A stretch of 64,000 nt of DNA from a candidate division FCPU426 bacterium (GTDB taxonomy: Bacteria > Oederibacteriota > Muellerivitia > Muellerivitales > Muellerivitaceae): contig CAWCKJ010000004.1 of assembly GCA_963796105.1 (NCBI GenBank), positions 480,001 through 544,000 on the forward strand, written 5' to 3'. How positions within the stretch are numbered: the stretch's first letter is position 1; each line of letters opens with the position of its first letter. Made by a program: the position numbers and the translations under genes. The notes beneath the pieces are model-generated. The model did no database searches, had not been told where the DNA came from, and saw only the letters and a program-made list of their open reading frames with translations. This document shows, piece after piece, positions 27,100-37,542 of the stretch.

Positions 27100-27271
27100 T
27101 TCACGACACGTAAAGAAATTTTTTTACCGCGGAAAACGGCCGACGTGCTCCGCACGTGCCGATAACGGCTTATAGCTTAAGGCTTTCTCAAACTTATCGG
27201 CGTCCATCGGATTTGATCGGCGGTTCCATGTCTTTTTACTTTTACTTGTTGTAAAGGGTACTTACTTAAAT
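27100..27271 (+). repeat. Palindromic element, family 2, copy B
   Basis: Direct repeat of 21470-21641, upstream of cstA. Confidence 0.9.
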
Positions 27272-27302
27272 CTAATCCTTCCTATTAGAGAGGGGTCCAA
27301 CA

Positions 27303-29153
27303 ATGAACGTTCTTCCGCTTATTTTGACCGCCTTGCTGGTGATGGTGGTCGCCTACCGTTACTACAGCGCCTTCCTGGCGGCGAAAGTCGTGGCTCTCGA
27401 CGATTCCCGCGTGACCCCGGCGCACGCCTTGAACGACGGATACAACTACAAACCCATCCCCAAGTCAGTCCTTTTCGGCCAGCACTTCGCCAACATCGCA
27501 GGCTCGGGCCCCCTCATCGGCCCGGTTTTGGCCGCCCAGTTCGGTTTCGCCCCCGGCCTTCTCTGGCTATTGATCGGCGTCTGCCTGGCTGGCGCGGTGC
27601 ATGACTTCATGATTCTTTCCGCTTCCATCCGGAGAAAGGGCAAGTCCCTGGCTGAGATCGCCCGCCATGAGATCAGCCCCCTATCCGGTGCGGTGGCCTC
27701 GGTGGCCATTCTCATCATCGTCATTGTGGCCCTGGCGGGCCTGGGCATGGCGGTGGTGAACGCCCTCAAGGGAAGCCCCTGGGGGGTCTTTTCCATCGGC
27801 GCGACCATCGCCACCGCCATGGTGGTAGGTTTCTATATGTTCCGCTTGCACGTGGGAAAAATCGCCGGAATCAGCATCTTCGGCGTCTTGGTAGTGGCCT
27901 CAGCCGTCGTTTTCGGCAACACCGTCGCCCATTCGGCTTTAGCCCCCTTCTTTACCCTGACTCCCAACGGCGTCGTCTTGGCCCTGGCCCTTTACGGATT
28001 CCTGGCCTCAGTCTTGCCGGTCTGGATGCTTATGACTCCTATGGGATACCTTAGCTCTTATATGAAGGTGGGCACCATCGCGGCCCTGGTGGTGGGCATC
28101 ATTCTGGTGCATCCGGATTTGAAAATGCCGGCCTTCACCCAGTATGTGGGAGGAGGAGGCCCCATTATCCCCGGCAAGCTTTTCCCCTTCGTCTTCATCA
28201 CCATCGCCTGCGGGGCCATCTCGGGCTTCCACGCACTGGTATCTTCGGGCACGACCCCCAAGATGCTGGATAAGGAATCGGACGCCCGCATGATCGGCTA
28301 TGGGGCCATGCTGGTAGAGGGCCTAGTGGGGGTGGTGGCGCTTTTGGCCACCTGTTCCCTCTTCCCCGCCGATTATTTCGCTATCAACCTTCCTCCCGAG
28401 AAATTCGCGGCCTTGGGTCTGACCCCCGTGAGACTTCAGGAACTCTGCCAGGCTGTGGGCGAGAACGTGACAGGCCGTCCCGGCGGGGCTGTTTCCCTGG
28501 CAGTGGGTTTCGCCCAGGTCTTCTCCGGCCTGCCGGGTTTGGAAAGCCTCATGAACTACTTCTACCACTTCATGATCATGTTCGAGGCCCTGTTCATCCT
28601 GACTACCATCGATGCCGGAACCCGCATCGGCCGCTTCCTATTGCAGGAATTCGGAGGGCGCATCTATAAACCCCTGGAGAACCCCCAATGGATTCCGGGG
28701 ACCATTCTTTGCACCGGCCTGGTGGTTGGGTTCTGGGCTTATTTGATCCTAGCTGGAAGCGTCTCCACCATCTGGCCCATGTTCGGAACCGCCAACCAGC
28801 TTTTAGCCAGCGTGGCCCTGGCGGTTGCCACCAGCGCCATCATCAATTCCGGCAGGGCCAGGTACGCCTGGACCACTTTCATCCCCATGCTCTTCGTGGC
28901 CACAACCACCCTTACGGCGGCTTGGCAGAACATCTTCAACAATTTCCTACCCCTGGCTGAAGCCCATCCCGAAAAAGCCTTTTCCGCCTACCTGAACGTG
29001 ACCTTGACCGCCGTCATGATGGTCTGTGCGGTCGTAGTGTTGTGGGAATCCTTCCGCCGGTGGTATCTCATCCTGGTCAAAAAGAAGCATCCCCAGGAAA
29101 TCCTGGATTCCACCCACCAGGGCCATGACCTGCCGGACTATGGGTGTTGTTAA
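27303..29153 (+). CDS. cstA: Carbon starvation protein A (peptide/pyruvate transporter)
   Basis: TPAH...[38 protein letters not shown] and [11 protein letters not shown] motifs. Confidence 0.95.
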   Translation: MNVLPLILTALLVMVVAYRYYSAFLAAKVVALDDSRVTPAHALNDGYNYKPIPKSVLFGQHFANIAGSGPLIGPVLAAQFGFAPGLLWLLIGVCLAGAVHDFMILSASIRRKGKSLAEIARHEISPLSGAVASVAILIIVIVALAGLGMAVVNALKGSPWGVFSIGATIATAMVVGFYMFRLHVGKIAGISIFGVLVVASAVVFGNTVAHSALAPFFTLTPNGVVLALALYGFLASVLPVWMLMTPMGYLSSYMKVGTIAALVVGIILVHPDLKMPAFTQYVGGGGPIIPGKLFPFVFITIACGAISGFHALVSSGTTPKMLDKESDARMIGYGAMLVEGLVGVVALLATCSLFPADYFAINLPPEKFAALGLTPVRLQELCQAVGENVTGRPGGAVSLAVGFAQVFSGLPGLESLMNYFYHFMIMFEALFILTTIDAGTRIGRFLLQEFGGRIYKPLENPQWIPGTILCTGLVVGFWAYLILAGSVSTIWPMFGTANQLLASVALAVATSAIINSGRARYAWTTFIPMLFVATTTLTAAWQNIFNNFLPLAEAHPEKAFSAYLNVTLTAVMMVCAVVVLWESFRRWYLILVKKKHPQEILDSTHQGHDLPDYGCC

Positions 29154-29259
29154 GGTTTGATGTTTAAAATATTCAGAAAACTAGAAAGGGCCATTTTCTG
29201 GGAAAGCTGAAAAAGTAATAAAATTTAAAAGCTTCTAAACAATAATTTATCCAAATTAC

Positions 29260-29637
29260 TTAAAACCCAAATTTTTCTTTCGCTAATACCAAAAACTCTT
29301 TCGCCCGATTAATTTGAAGTTCAACATCTTCCTTAGACAACCCGTTCCCCGAATCATAATCGCCAACATTGCGGCTATCAGCCGCCTCGATCAAATAGCG
29401 GTGGAATTGCATTGGAACCCGGCCTGGTTTGGCGAACAATTGGCCGAAAGCCGCGATGACGGAGGAATGCTTGGAAAAGGCGGAACCTTCCCCCAAGAGG
29501 AAGGCTTCAGCAACGTAAAACATGCTGTAATAGGCTCTTGATACGGCGAAATCGAAATAATCGTTTTTCGCCAATAGTTCCGCCGCTCCTAAACTTTCTT
29601 GGGCCTTTTCAAGCAAAGCCTTTTGTTCCGGGATCAA
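29260..29637 (-). CDS. HEPN-domain protein (UPF0332-like)
   Basis: AVSRAYYSMF, KHSSVIAAFG and RNVGDY motifs; coupled to an upstream MNT gene. Confidence 0.9.
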   Translation of the reverse strand: MIPEQKALLEKAQESLGAAELLAKNDYFDFAVSRAYYSMFYVAEAFLLGEGSAFSKHSSVIAAFGQLFAKPGRVPMQFHRYLIEAADSRNVGDYDSGNGLSKEDVELQINRAKEFLVLAKEKFGF

Positions 29638-29954
29638 ACCGCCACACCTTCCCGCCGGATGTTTAAAAGCAATGGACTTTGTTCCTTCAGGTAGCGTTCG
29701 GCGGAAATGAAAACGCAGGAAATAGCCACATTATGCTTGAGGGAAAGATTAGAGGTTATTTCTCCCGCCCTTGAGATTTCCTTTCCCGCGTTAACCGGAC
29801 CTTCCAAGACAATCATCAAGTCAATATCCGAAGTTGGGCTTGCGTCCCCCCGTGCCTGTGAACCGTATAGGACTATTTTGGATAACCGTTCCCCATAAAC
29901 AGCCCCTAGTAACTTATGGGCTTCTTGGAGTAGGTCATTTATCTTGTCAGTCAT
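29634..29954 (-). CDS. Minimal nucleotidyltransferase (MNT) of an MNT-HEPN toxin-antitoxin-like pair
   Basis: LYGSQARGD...SDIDL motif. Confidence 0.92.
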   Translation of the reverse strand: MTDKINDLLQEAHKLLGAVYGERLSKIVLYGSQARGDASPTSDIDLMIVLEGPVNAGKEISRAGEITSNLSLKHNVAISCVFISAERYLKEQSPLLLNIRREGVAV

Positions 29955-30029
29955 GGTTTCCTCTTATGAAAAACATTATAACAAAAGGGTTTTTTAAATA
30001 TGGCCCTTACTTATCCTTAAAAATCAGCC

Positions 30030-30104
30030 ATGTTCATTGGCGCCTGACACAATGACCATAGGGGACCCGAAAATGTTCATAGGCGCACCCCTCATGACCA
30101 TAGG
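30030..30104 (+). repeat. Four phased 11-bp boxes ATG(TT/AC)CAT(A/T)GG
   Basis: Starts at 30030, 30052, 30073 and 30094 (spacing 22/21/21). Confidence 0.85.
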
Positions 30105-30243
30105 AGCATAACTTTTGCGGGCAGGACCCCACCTTTCTTGCCAATTAGATTTCAATTCTGCCCCGAGTCGAGGCAATGAAAATAAAGTCTTTGGCAATTT
30201 TGCCCAGCGGCTGGGCAGGTAACACCCATGAGGATTGAATCGC

Positions 30244-30415
30244 GCCGACGAAAATACCGGTAACTGTCACCAGGTTATCCTAGGTTGCCGACGGAAATAC
30301 CGGTAGCTGACACCAGGTTATCCTAGGTTCCCGCCCGAAATACTGGTAGCTGTCACCAGGTTATCCTAGGTTATCGCCGAAAATGCCGGTAGGTGTCACC
30401 AGGTTATCCTGGGTT
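30244..30415 (+). repeat. 4 x 43-bp tandem repeat
   Basis: Contiguous units such as GCCGACGGAAATACCGGTAGCTGACACCAGGTTATCCTAGGTT at 30244, 30287, 30330 and 30373. Confidence 0.93.
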
Positions 30416-30431
30416 ACCGGCGGGAATATGG

Positions 30432-30570
30432 TTGGCACAATTGGCACAATCGGTTGGCACAATCAAAAACGGTTATTAAAAACACCAATAAAACCACAGT
30501 TTTCTTGACACCGGCTTATCTTGGCCGATTGTGGCATTTTTGGGGATTGTGCCACTTCGAAGCGATTGTG
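30432..30570. repeat. Inverted TGGCACAAT / ATTGTGCCA boxes around an AT-rich core
   Basis: Three forward copies (30432, 30441, 30454) and three inverted copies (30528, 30546, and 30565, which is split by IS21). Confidence 0.8.
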
Positions 30571-30704
30571 TGTCACTGGCCAGTCACTTTGACCCCCCTG
30601 GCCGCCTACTTTGCCCCCCCTCTTTTGGGCACTTCGAGGGGTGCCTGTTTCGGGGACTTCGACCCCTGCCTTGCGGGGCCTTTTTTTTAGATTAATATAG
30701 ATAC

Positions 30705-30797
30705 CCACGGGCAAGCCCGTGGTACTAAAATCAAAATTCAAGCTTCGCTTGCCGTGCTTTCAGCACGGTGGCCTTTCACCCACGGGCAAGCCCGTGG
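30705..30797. repeat. Triple-hairpin element inside IS21
   Basis: CCACGGGCAAGCCCGTGG at 30705 and 30780 flanking CCGTGCTTTCAGCACGG at 30752. Confidence 0.8.
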
Positions 30798-30946
30798 AAC
30801 TCAAAGCGGCCGGATTAGACCCATCAAACTCCTTTCACAAGATGCGTTTTGCTTCCCCAACATTGGATGATACGAAGTCCCGCGCAAATCCCGTAACCAA
30901 TAGGCGCAAGATTGCACGAATAAGACAGCATCGAACGATGGGTTTC

Positions 30947-31726
30947 TCATAGTTTTGCCTCTTTTTCCCTGCTGTGTTCTTTTTTCATTTCTTCGCGCAT
31001 GGAACGGGTCCGAAAGGAAGGGCCCTGAATGACGACGGCAGTGGCATGGTGGACCAGGCGGTCCATGGCAGCCGAGGCTAGGAGGGCGTCGCCGAAAAGC
31101 TCCGGCCACTCCCGCAGACTGCGGTTGGTGGTAAAAATCAAGGAGCCCTTTTCATAACGCTCACAGATGATGTCGTAAAAATCCTCGGCGACCTTGGTGT
31201 CGAAGGGCTTGAGACCCCAGTCGTCCAGGATCAAGAGGTCGGGTTTCAGGAAGGATGCGAATCGGTTTTCCCGGGTACCGTCCCCGCGCGAGGCCGCTAA
31301 TCGTTGGGCCGCATGCGAGGTCTTGATAAAGAGTACCTCATAACCCTTGCGGCAGACTTCATGGGCCAAAGCGCAGGCCAAATGGGTTTTGCCCACACCT
31401 GAGGGACCGATGAAAAATAGGTTCTCTTTTCGCTCCACGAAAGAACAAGTACCCAAATCCAGGATTTGTTGCCGGTTGATGGCCGGGTTGAAGGCGAAAT
31501 CGAACCCCGTTAGAGTCATATGGGTTGAGAAGCCCGCCTTTTTCAGCCTTCTTTGGAGTTGGCCCACTTGGCGGCGCTCCAGCTCATCCAACAGCAACTG
31601 GCCCAGGAAATCCATATAACCGATCTGGGATTCAATGGCCTGCTGGTTTCGGATTTCCAGCGTCTCCAACATTCCTGCGAGTTTTAACCTTCTCAGGTGC
31701 GGCTCCAACTGATGTTTATTTTCCAT
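30947..31726 (-). CDS. istB: IS21 helper ATPase IstB
   Basis: FDFAFNP, GPSGVGKTHLA, LLILDDWG, RYEKGSLIFTTN and DRLVHH motifs; GGAGG RBS before ATG at 31726. Confidence 0.97.
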   Translation of the reverse strand: MENKHQLEPHLRRLKLAGMLETLEIRNQQAIESQIGYMDFLGQLLLDELERRQVGQLQRRLKKAGFSTHMTLTGFDFAFNPAINRQQILDLGTCSFVERKENLFFIGPSGVGKTHLACALAHEVCRKGYEVLFIKTSHAAQRLAASRGDGTRENRFASFLKPDLLILDDWGLKPFDTKVAEDFYDIICERYEKGSLIFTTNRSLREWPELFGDALLASAAMDRLVHHATAVVIQGPSFRTRSMREEMKKEHSREKEAKL

Positions 31727-31739
31727 ATATGCTTCCTCC

Positions 31740-33296
31740 TCAATTTTTATCCAGAGCCAAGGCACGGAGGAAATCCTCCGCGGGCCGGGCGAAATCGAAA
31801 GACGACTGGGGTTTGAGTGAAGGATCCGACGGCGGGTCCAACGGGTTTTGATCGAGGTTCTTTTGAAGGATGTTTTTGATGGATTGGTACGTGTAGTTTC
31901 CGAAATGGAGGGCCCTTAGACAGGCTGCCTCCAGACGGGAAGGCAGGTACTTTTCCCTCAAGCGCAGAATGCCCTGGGCTTTGCGCAGGTGGTCCAGGGG
32001 GTGGGAGTGTTCCAGCAGGAGTTGGATTAATTGATGGGTATTAGGTCCAATGGCCTGGGCCTGTTTGAGGCACCATTGTGGGGTTCGTTCCAAGAAGACC
32101 GCTTTTTCAGGGGGATAGTGGCCCGGGTTGGTGCGCCAGGTTCCCTTGCGTGTGGCCTTGGCGTGGGAAGCCACGCATTCGTGTTTGAGAAATATATCAA
32201 CGGTGGTGTCGGTTAATTGGGCCAGTAGTTTTTGGCCCCGAAGACGGTAGGGAGCCGAGTAATAGGAACCTTCCACGACTACGTGGCAATCGGGGTGCAG
32301 AGTGGCTTCTTTGAAGAAAGTTGGATGGTAAGCCGCGGTAGGCAGGGGCAAAAGGGCCTTCTGTTCCACGCTCTGGAAGACGGCCAAGGGTTGAAGCCGG
32401 GTGGTGCCATGATCCCGTAAACCTGCCTTGTTCATCACCCAATCGCGGAGTTGATGGTTGGCATCGGTGCGGCCCTGGAAGGAACGACCCTTGAAGAAGG
32501 AATTACGGACATAGGGCACGCCGCGTTCAACTTTACCCTTGTGGCGTGGAGTGGCGACGCGGCAAGGGGAGATGATGAAGCCGTAATGGTTGGCGCATTC
32601 CACGTAGGTACGGTTGGCCAAGGGATCATAGAGGGCCGCCTTGACGATGGCGCTTTTCAGGTTATCGATTACGATTTTTTTAGGGACTGAATTGAAGAAC
32701 TCGAAAGCCCGGCGGTGGCAGGCGATCCAGGTTCTCACGTCCTGTGCGAATACAATCTCGGCGTACATATGCCGGGAATGGGAAAGGGTCATCACGAAAA
32801 CCCAGGCCTTGGCTTGCTTGCCACGCGTCTCGTCCCACAAGCGGCCCAAAAGCCCGAAATCCACTTGGGCCTCCTCGCCGGGCGCAACCTCCAGCCTCAC
32901 GTAGGCGGGTTTCTCATTGCGAAAAGGCTCCGTATACCTCTTCAGGGTCGAGTAACTCCCCTTCCACCCGTGCCGCTCTTGAAGCATCTCCTGGATGCGA
33001 ATCAAGGTGAAATCTTCCTTCAACCATTCTTGGATGATTCCCTTGAGGGCCTCCAAGGCATGAGCGGGAACGGGCGTGGATTTTTCGCCGTCTTCCCAAG
33101 CCTTCGCCAAATCCTTTTCCAGGGGAAGTTCCCCTTGGAGAAAGCCATGTTCTTTCGCCCAACGCACGTATTGCTTGACCGTGTGCTTATTGCATCCCAG
33201 GGCCCGGGCAGTGGGTTTGAACCCGCCCAAGGCCTGGTAAGTCCTCAAAATCTCACGAATAGTCGTCATGTCGCTCTGCCTCCCTTGTCGGGTCAT
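31740..33296 (-). CDS. istA: IS21 transposase IstA
   Basis: PGEEAQVDFG, VIDNLK, KGKVER and YYSAP motifs. Confidence 0.97.
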   Translation of the reverse strand: MTRQGRQSDMTTIREILRTYQALGGFKPTARALGCNKHTVKQYVRWAKEHGFLQGELPLEKDLAKAWEDGEKSTPVPAHALEALKGIIQEWLKEDFTLIRIQEMLQERHGWKGSYSTLKRYTEPFRNEKPAYVRLEVAPGEEAQVDFGLLGRLWDETRGKQAKAWVFVMTLSHSRHMYAEIVFAQDVRTWIACHRRAFEFFNSVPKKIVIDNLKSAIVKAALYDPLANRTYVECANHYGFIISPCRVATPRHKGKVERGVPYVRNSFFKGRSFQGRTDANHQLRDWVMNKAGLRDHGTTRLQPLAVFQSVEQKALLPLPTAAYHPTFFKEATLHPDCHVVVEGSYYSAPYRLRGQKLLAQLTDTTVDIFLKHECVASHAKATRKGTWRTNPGHYPPEKAVFLERTPQWCLKQAQAIGPNTHQLIQLLLEHSHPLDHLRKAQGILRLREKYLPSRLEAACLRALHFGNYTYQSIKNILQKNLDQNPLDPPSDPSLKPQSSFDFARPAEDFLRALALDKN

Positions 33297-33498
33297 GCCG
33301 TTCTCCTCACATGAAGTGAAAAAAGAAAGGAATGACGGTTAGAGAGGCCCTTGGCAAGGGGGTCAAAGTCGGTGGCCAGACAGGGGGTCAAAGTGACTGG
33401 CCAGAGGTGGGGTCAAAGTGCTTGGCCAGCTAGGGGGTTAAAGCTCGTGGCCAATGACAATTGTGCCAAACCTTCAAATCCTGAAACCTGCGGGCAGG

Positions 33499-33709
33499 GA
33501 TGTGGGCGGGTTATCTCCCTTTTCGACAGATGTCGCCGGAAATGAGGGCGGTTTATCTCCCATACCGGCAGATGTTACTGGAAATGTGGGCGGTTTATCC
33601 CCTTGCCGACGGAAATGCGGGCAGTTTATCTCTCCTGCCGAAGGATGTTCCCGGCAATGTTGGCGGGTTATCCTCATGTTCCCGGAGCCGGATTGTGCCA
33701 ATCGTGCCA
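33499..33709 (+). repeat. Degenerate tandem repeats of about 30-42 bp, related to the 43-bp units
   Basis: Five copies of G(G)AAATG.GGGCGG.TTATC.C; GCCGACGGAAAT is shared with the left array; ends in ATTGTGCCA ATCGTGCCA. Confidence 0.8.
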
Positions 33710-33793
33710 TGACCATAGGCGTCGGCCCTAAAAACCCCCCATGTTCATAGGACCCGGCAAAATGACCATAGGAGGCCTCAAAATGTTCATTGG
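33709..33793 (+). repeat. Four phased 11-bp boxes ATG(TT/AC)CAT(A/T)GG
   Basis: Starts at 33709, 33741, 33762 and 33783 (spacing 32/21/21). Confidence 0.85.
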
Positions 33794-34839
33794 GGTCCTA
33801 GGAGCAGGTCCGTGGGTCCCAGGAGCAGAATCCGGGGGACCTATCAGCTTGAGGTCGCGGGTATGGACAAAAGCGGATGTGGCTTTATCAGGGGTAACAA
33901 TTGGCCAAAACCCAAAAGTGATGAATGTTCAAATGCCACCCGCTGCGGTGCGGGGGGCCAGGCCCCTTTTTTGCTGACACATGCCCACAAGAGCAAGCGA
34001 GACATGTTCCCGGGGTGGGTATTGATACTGATCTAAAGTGTAAAATGTAGCCTTTTGTCCCAGGGACCCAGCTAAAACTATTTCCACTTATACTTTTCAA
34101 ACCAGGCAAAAGGAAAATCTTGGTTAGAGAACCTTTAAAGATAATGATTCCCTCTAATAGGTGCCGAACACGATGCCTGCGGAATTCACAGTAACACCAG
34201 ATTGGCCTAAAAACTCTACTTCGAATACCCCCCATGTCCCCCAATTAGGCCAGGTATTTCCCGGTGGTTTGAATTTCCGGATTCGAATATCTCCTTAATT
34301 CATCACGGCTTGTTTATTCATCTAATTCGGGGTTGGCTACTCTTTCCCTTTGGTTTTGAAATGTGAAAAATCCATTACCCAATCCCTCATTGGCCGGCGT
34401 TTTAGCCACCTGAAGGCTTGGCTGGTATGGTAAAGTTTTTATCGGAGGGCTAATAATTCCCTATCAGGTTTTCTTCTATTCACAAGGGCACGGATGAATG
34501 AATCTCCAGGGTAACGGCGGCACAAAATCGCAAACCAACAACTCCGCTTTGCGCGAACCAATAACGAAACACGAAGGATAGCATGCACAAAATCTTAAGA
34601 TTTTTTCAGGATAAGCCTTTCTTGTCCTCCTTCCTCTTGGTTCTTTTCCCCATAGCCCTGTCTTTGGTTTTGTTCAGGCCGTATTTTTATAACATCGATG
34701 ACTCTTTGATCCTTCTTCTACTCAAGGGTATGGGAATAGCCACCTCTCCCAGCGAAATGGTCCAATATGTTAATGTGCTCCTTTGCTGGGGCCTGTCGTA
34801 TCTCTACCAAATATTGCCGAATTTACAATTATATAGCTC

Positions 34840-35827
34840 AATGCCTCTCCAAACGGTACCTGTTGAAATAAAGGAATACAGGAGTATACTCATTGTTGGA
34901 GGGGCAAATTATGAACTACCAACGGATGAAGGGGATTGAGATTTTCAAGGAAATCGATACAGAAGAAAAGGCACGTCAATGGGTGTGGAAGAGCCGTTTT
35001 GCCGGAAAAGACTTTGTTTGCCCACAATGTGAAGGAGAAAGTTTCTGGCAACACAAAAACCGCCCCGAAGTGCGGGAATGTGACTATTGTCGAAAGCAAA
35101 TACGGCTTCGAGCCGGAACGATCTTCCGGAAATCCAAGATCCCAATCTTAACCTGGTTGAGGATGATTGGATTGGTGATGCAAGGGAAAAGGGGCATTTC
35201 AGCCCTGGAACTTCAGCGGCAATTGGGAATGCCCTCCTACGATACCGTTTGGAGGATGTTGCATAAGATTCGGGAAAGTCTTCGACAAAGGGATGAAAAT
35301 TACCAACTCAAGGAAATCATTGAGTTGGATGGGGCTGTATTCGGCAAGAGAGAAAAGGAAAACCAGGCTGAAGTGCTGGTGGCGGTTGAAAGCAAAGAAT
35401 GGATAGATGAGAAAGGGCGCAAAAAAGAGAAAGCGGGTTTTGCAAAGATAAAGGTGACCGCAGAAACCAAGTGGGAAGCCCAAGCATTCGTCGATCAAGC
35501 AATCCAGAAAGGCGCCATGATAAACACGGATGCCAGTCCCAGCTTGAGAAACTTGGAAAACGTGGATGTGGAGTACCAGGTAACAGCCAATGACCCAGTG
35601 GTGTTAAATCACTGGTTACCTTGGGTCCACCGATTCATTTCCAACGCCAAGGCTTGGATCCTAGGAACCCATCATGGAGTCAACGTGAAATATCTGCCTG
35701 GATACTTGAGCGAATATACTTATCGGTTCAATCGTCGCCATGACCCAGATTCCTTATTTCACCGGGCCTTAACCGCTTGCGCTTTGGCAAAACCCATTAC
35801 TGCGCAAGCGTTGTTCGGATAGGCATG
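34840..35827 (+). mobile_element. IS1595-family element (ISSod11-like group), 988 bp
   Basis: Imperfect IRs AATGCCTCTCCAAAC / GTTCGGATAGGCATG; 8-bp TSD TATAGCTC at 34832-34839 and 35828-35835. Confidence 0.94.
34911..35822 (+). CDS. IS1595-family transposase
   Basis: CPQC...CDYC Zn ribbon, ISALELQRQLG, ELDG, NTD, WVHRFISNAK (H...K in place of E...K) and YRFNRR motifs. Confidence 0.95.
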   Translation: MNYQRMKGIEIFKEIDTEEKARQWVWKSRFAGKDFVCPQCEGESFWQHKNRPEVRECDYCRKQIRLRAGTIFRKSKIPILTWLRMIGLVMQGKRGISALELQRQLGMPSYDTVWRMLHKIRESLRQRDENYQLKEIIELDGAVFGKREKENQAEVLVAVESKEWIDEKGRKKEKAGFAKIKVTAETKWEAQAFVDQAIQKGAMINTDASPSLRNLENVDVEYQVTANDPVVLNHWLPWVHRFISNAKAWILGTHHGVNVKYLPGYLSEYTYRFNRRHDPDSLFHRALTACALAKPITAQALFG

Positions 35828-37542
35828 TATAGCTCTTTCCAAGTTCTAACGCTCTTCCTTTCTTTTTGGGCCATCCTGGCTTCCATTCTATTGGGTCCCC
35901 ATGGAAGCTTTAGAACAACGCTATTCCTTTTATCGTCTTTGGGTATGGTTTTCCTTTTTTTCTCATTGTTGCAATACACTCAAACAGCTTCCATGGCCGC
36001 GATAGGAAGTATTTTTCTTTTAGCCAGTCTTTGGAATTCGGAAAACCCGAAGCACCAATACAAAATATTTGTTCTTTCTTTCATTTTGATTCTTTGTTCC
36101 ATCACGCTTCGGGCGGCCTCATTTTCCCTAATCCTTTTGACAGCCATACCTTCCATTGTTTTTCTAGTTTGGAAAAAAGAAGTGACTCCTATTCGTAAAT
36201 CCATTATCCGGTTTCTGGGGTGCACTGCCGTGATCGCGCTCGGGGTTATTTCTTACCATCACTATGTTTACAACAACGATCCAGCTTGGGCGGATTATCT
36301 ACAATTCGAGGCCCCCCGGACGAAATTAAGCGATTATCAGGATCCCGTCTATGATGAAACCACCAAGCCTTTATTCGATACCATTGGTTGGACAAAAAAT
36401 GATCTGTATATGTTTCAATGTTGCGTTTATATGGACAAGAACGTTTATACCTACGAGAACCTTAAAAAAATCGCAGATTACATCCCTAGGGTAACTTTCA
36501 ATAAGCACAAAGACTCTTCCTCCTTGGCTGTTTTTACCAATAAATCCGTTCAAACCGCTATTGTGTTTTTCTTGGCGTTTCTTTTATTTCTCCCCGCGGG
36601 AAGGCGACGTTTAGCCGCGGTAAACGCAATATGGGTTTTCTTCATTCTCTTATTCCTATTGCTTTACCTCAAAATCCCAGAGCGCGTTTGCCTTCCCCCG
36701 ATATTGTTCATTATGTACATGAACCTCTTCGGGACCCATCCTCCGGGACAGGATTCGGGTTCCGGAAAGTCCTCGACCGTTTGGGGGTCCAAGGCGAAAT
36801 ACTCACTGGTTATTTTGGCGTTCTTGTTTTCTTTTCTTCTGGTTCAGGACGTCTATATCGTCAACCGTCAGAAAATTCTCGAGACTGGCGTCCTGAATGA
36901 ATCATTGAAAGGCATCCATCCTCGGCAAAACCAATTGTACGTGAATTTGCTTTCGTCATTCCCTTTCGAGTTGATACCGGCTTTCGACAGCTTTGACGCG
37001 CTGCGAAACATCAATTTCATCCAATTGTCCTGGAACCAACGCTCGCCCACCACCGAAACCATGCTGGATAAATTCAATATCCACAATTTGTTAAAAGACA
37101 TGGTCGATAATCCGAATTTCTTTTTAGTGGTCTTTTCGGACACGAGATCGCCAACCATCCCTAATTTTTTGGCTACCTTGCGAACCTATTTGAAGGAAAA
37201 ATATTCCATTGAAACCTATTTAGAGCAGGCTTATAAGTGCCCGGTTTTTTGGCTGATCCGGTTCCACTCCGGGAATATCCCTCCAAGCCGAAAAGCCATA
37301 GAGGTTCAAAGCAGGTAAAAGGGGAAATTCGCTCTAGAGAGCCTTTAAATAAAATGATTTTCTTCTACCGGCATCCCCCTACTTTCACCATTGGGACGCA
37401 TCCCCATCCCGTTTTAACAAATTCTGACCACCGTCATTTCCTTCATCAAGCGAAAGCGAACATATGAACTTGATTAAATCAAAACATCCCAAGTTATAGC
37501 ACTTTCTCGTCCTATATCTTTTCGTTTGCTATAATCCTCCCC

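Larger units (their letters stand above)
30571..33459 (-). mobile_element. Complete IS21-family insertion sequence
   Basis: Ends TGTCACTGGCCA / TGGCCAATGACA; multiple GGGGTCAAAGT..TGGCCA sub-terminal repeats; 6-bp TSD ATTGTG at 30565-30570 and 33460-33465; carries istA and istB. Confidence 0.96.
34583..37318 (+). pseudogene. Polytopic membrane protein (GT-C-like) interrupted by IS1595
   Basis: Removing the IS and one TSD joins ...LQLYS|SFQVL... in frame into a 579-aa ORF, with YNIDD in the first loop. Confidence 0.88.

Noticed and set aside
30244..30415. 43-bp repeats as a CRISPR array
   Set aside because: Units are contiguous with only point variation, there are no unique spacers, and no cas genes are in the window.
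30432..30463. TGGCAC boxes as sigma54 promoters
   Set aside because: No TTGC at the required -12 spacing, and the copies occur in both orientations with no adjacent gene.
30801..30950. Passenger ORF after istB
   Set aside because: ATGA-coupled but only 49 codons with no recognisable domain; unsupported.
30244..33672. TTATCC cores as DnaA boxes (oriC)
   Set aside because: At best about 6/9 match to TTATCCACA, and no dnaA/dnaN/gidA context.
33454..33977. ORFs with DVAGNEGGLSP and MTIG/MFIG peptide repeats
   Set aside because: The DNA repeat units change frame, one ORF starts inside the IS end, and no convincing RBS is seen; treated as non-coding.
33870..34560. Riboswitch upstream of the IS1595-disrupted gene
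   Set aside because: Some hairpins and a T run near 33940-33972, but no recognisable aptamer consensus.
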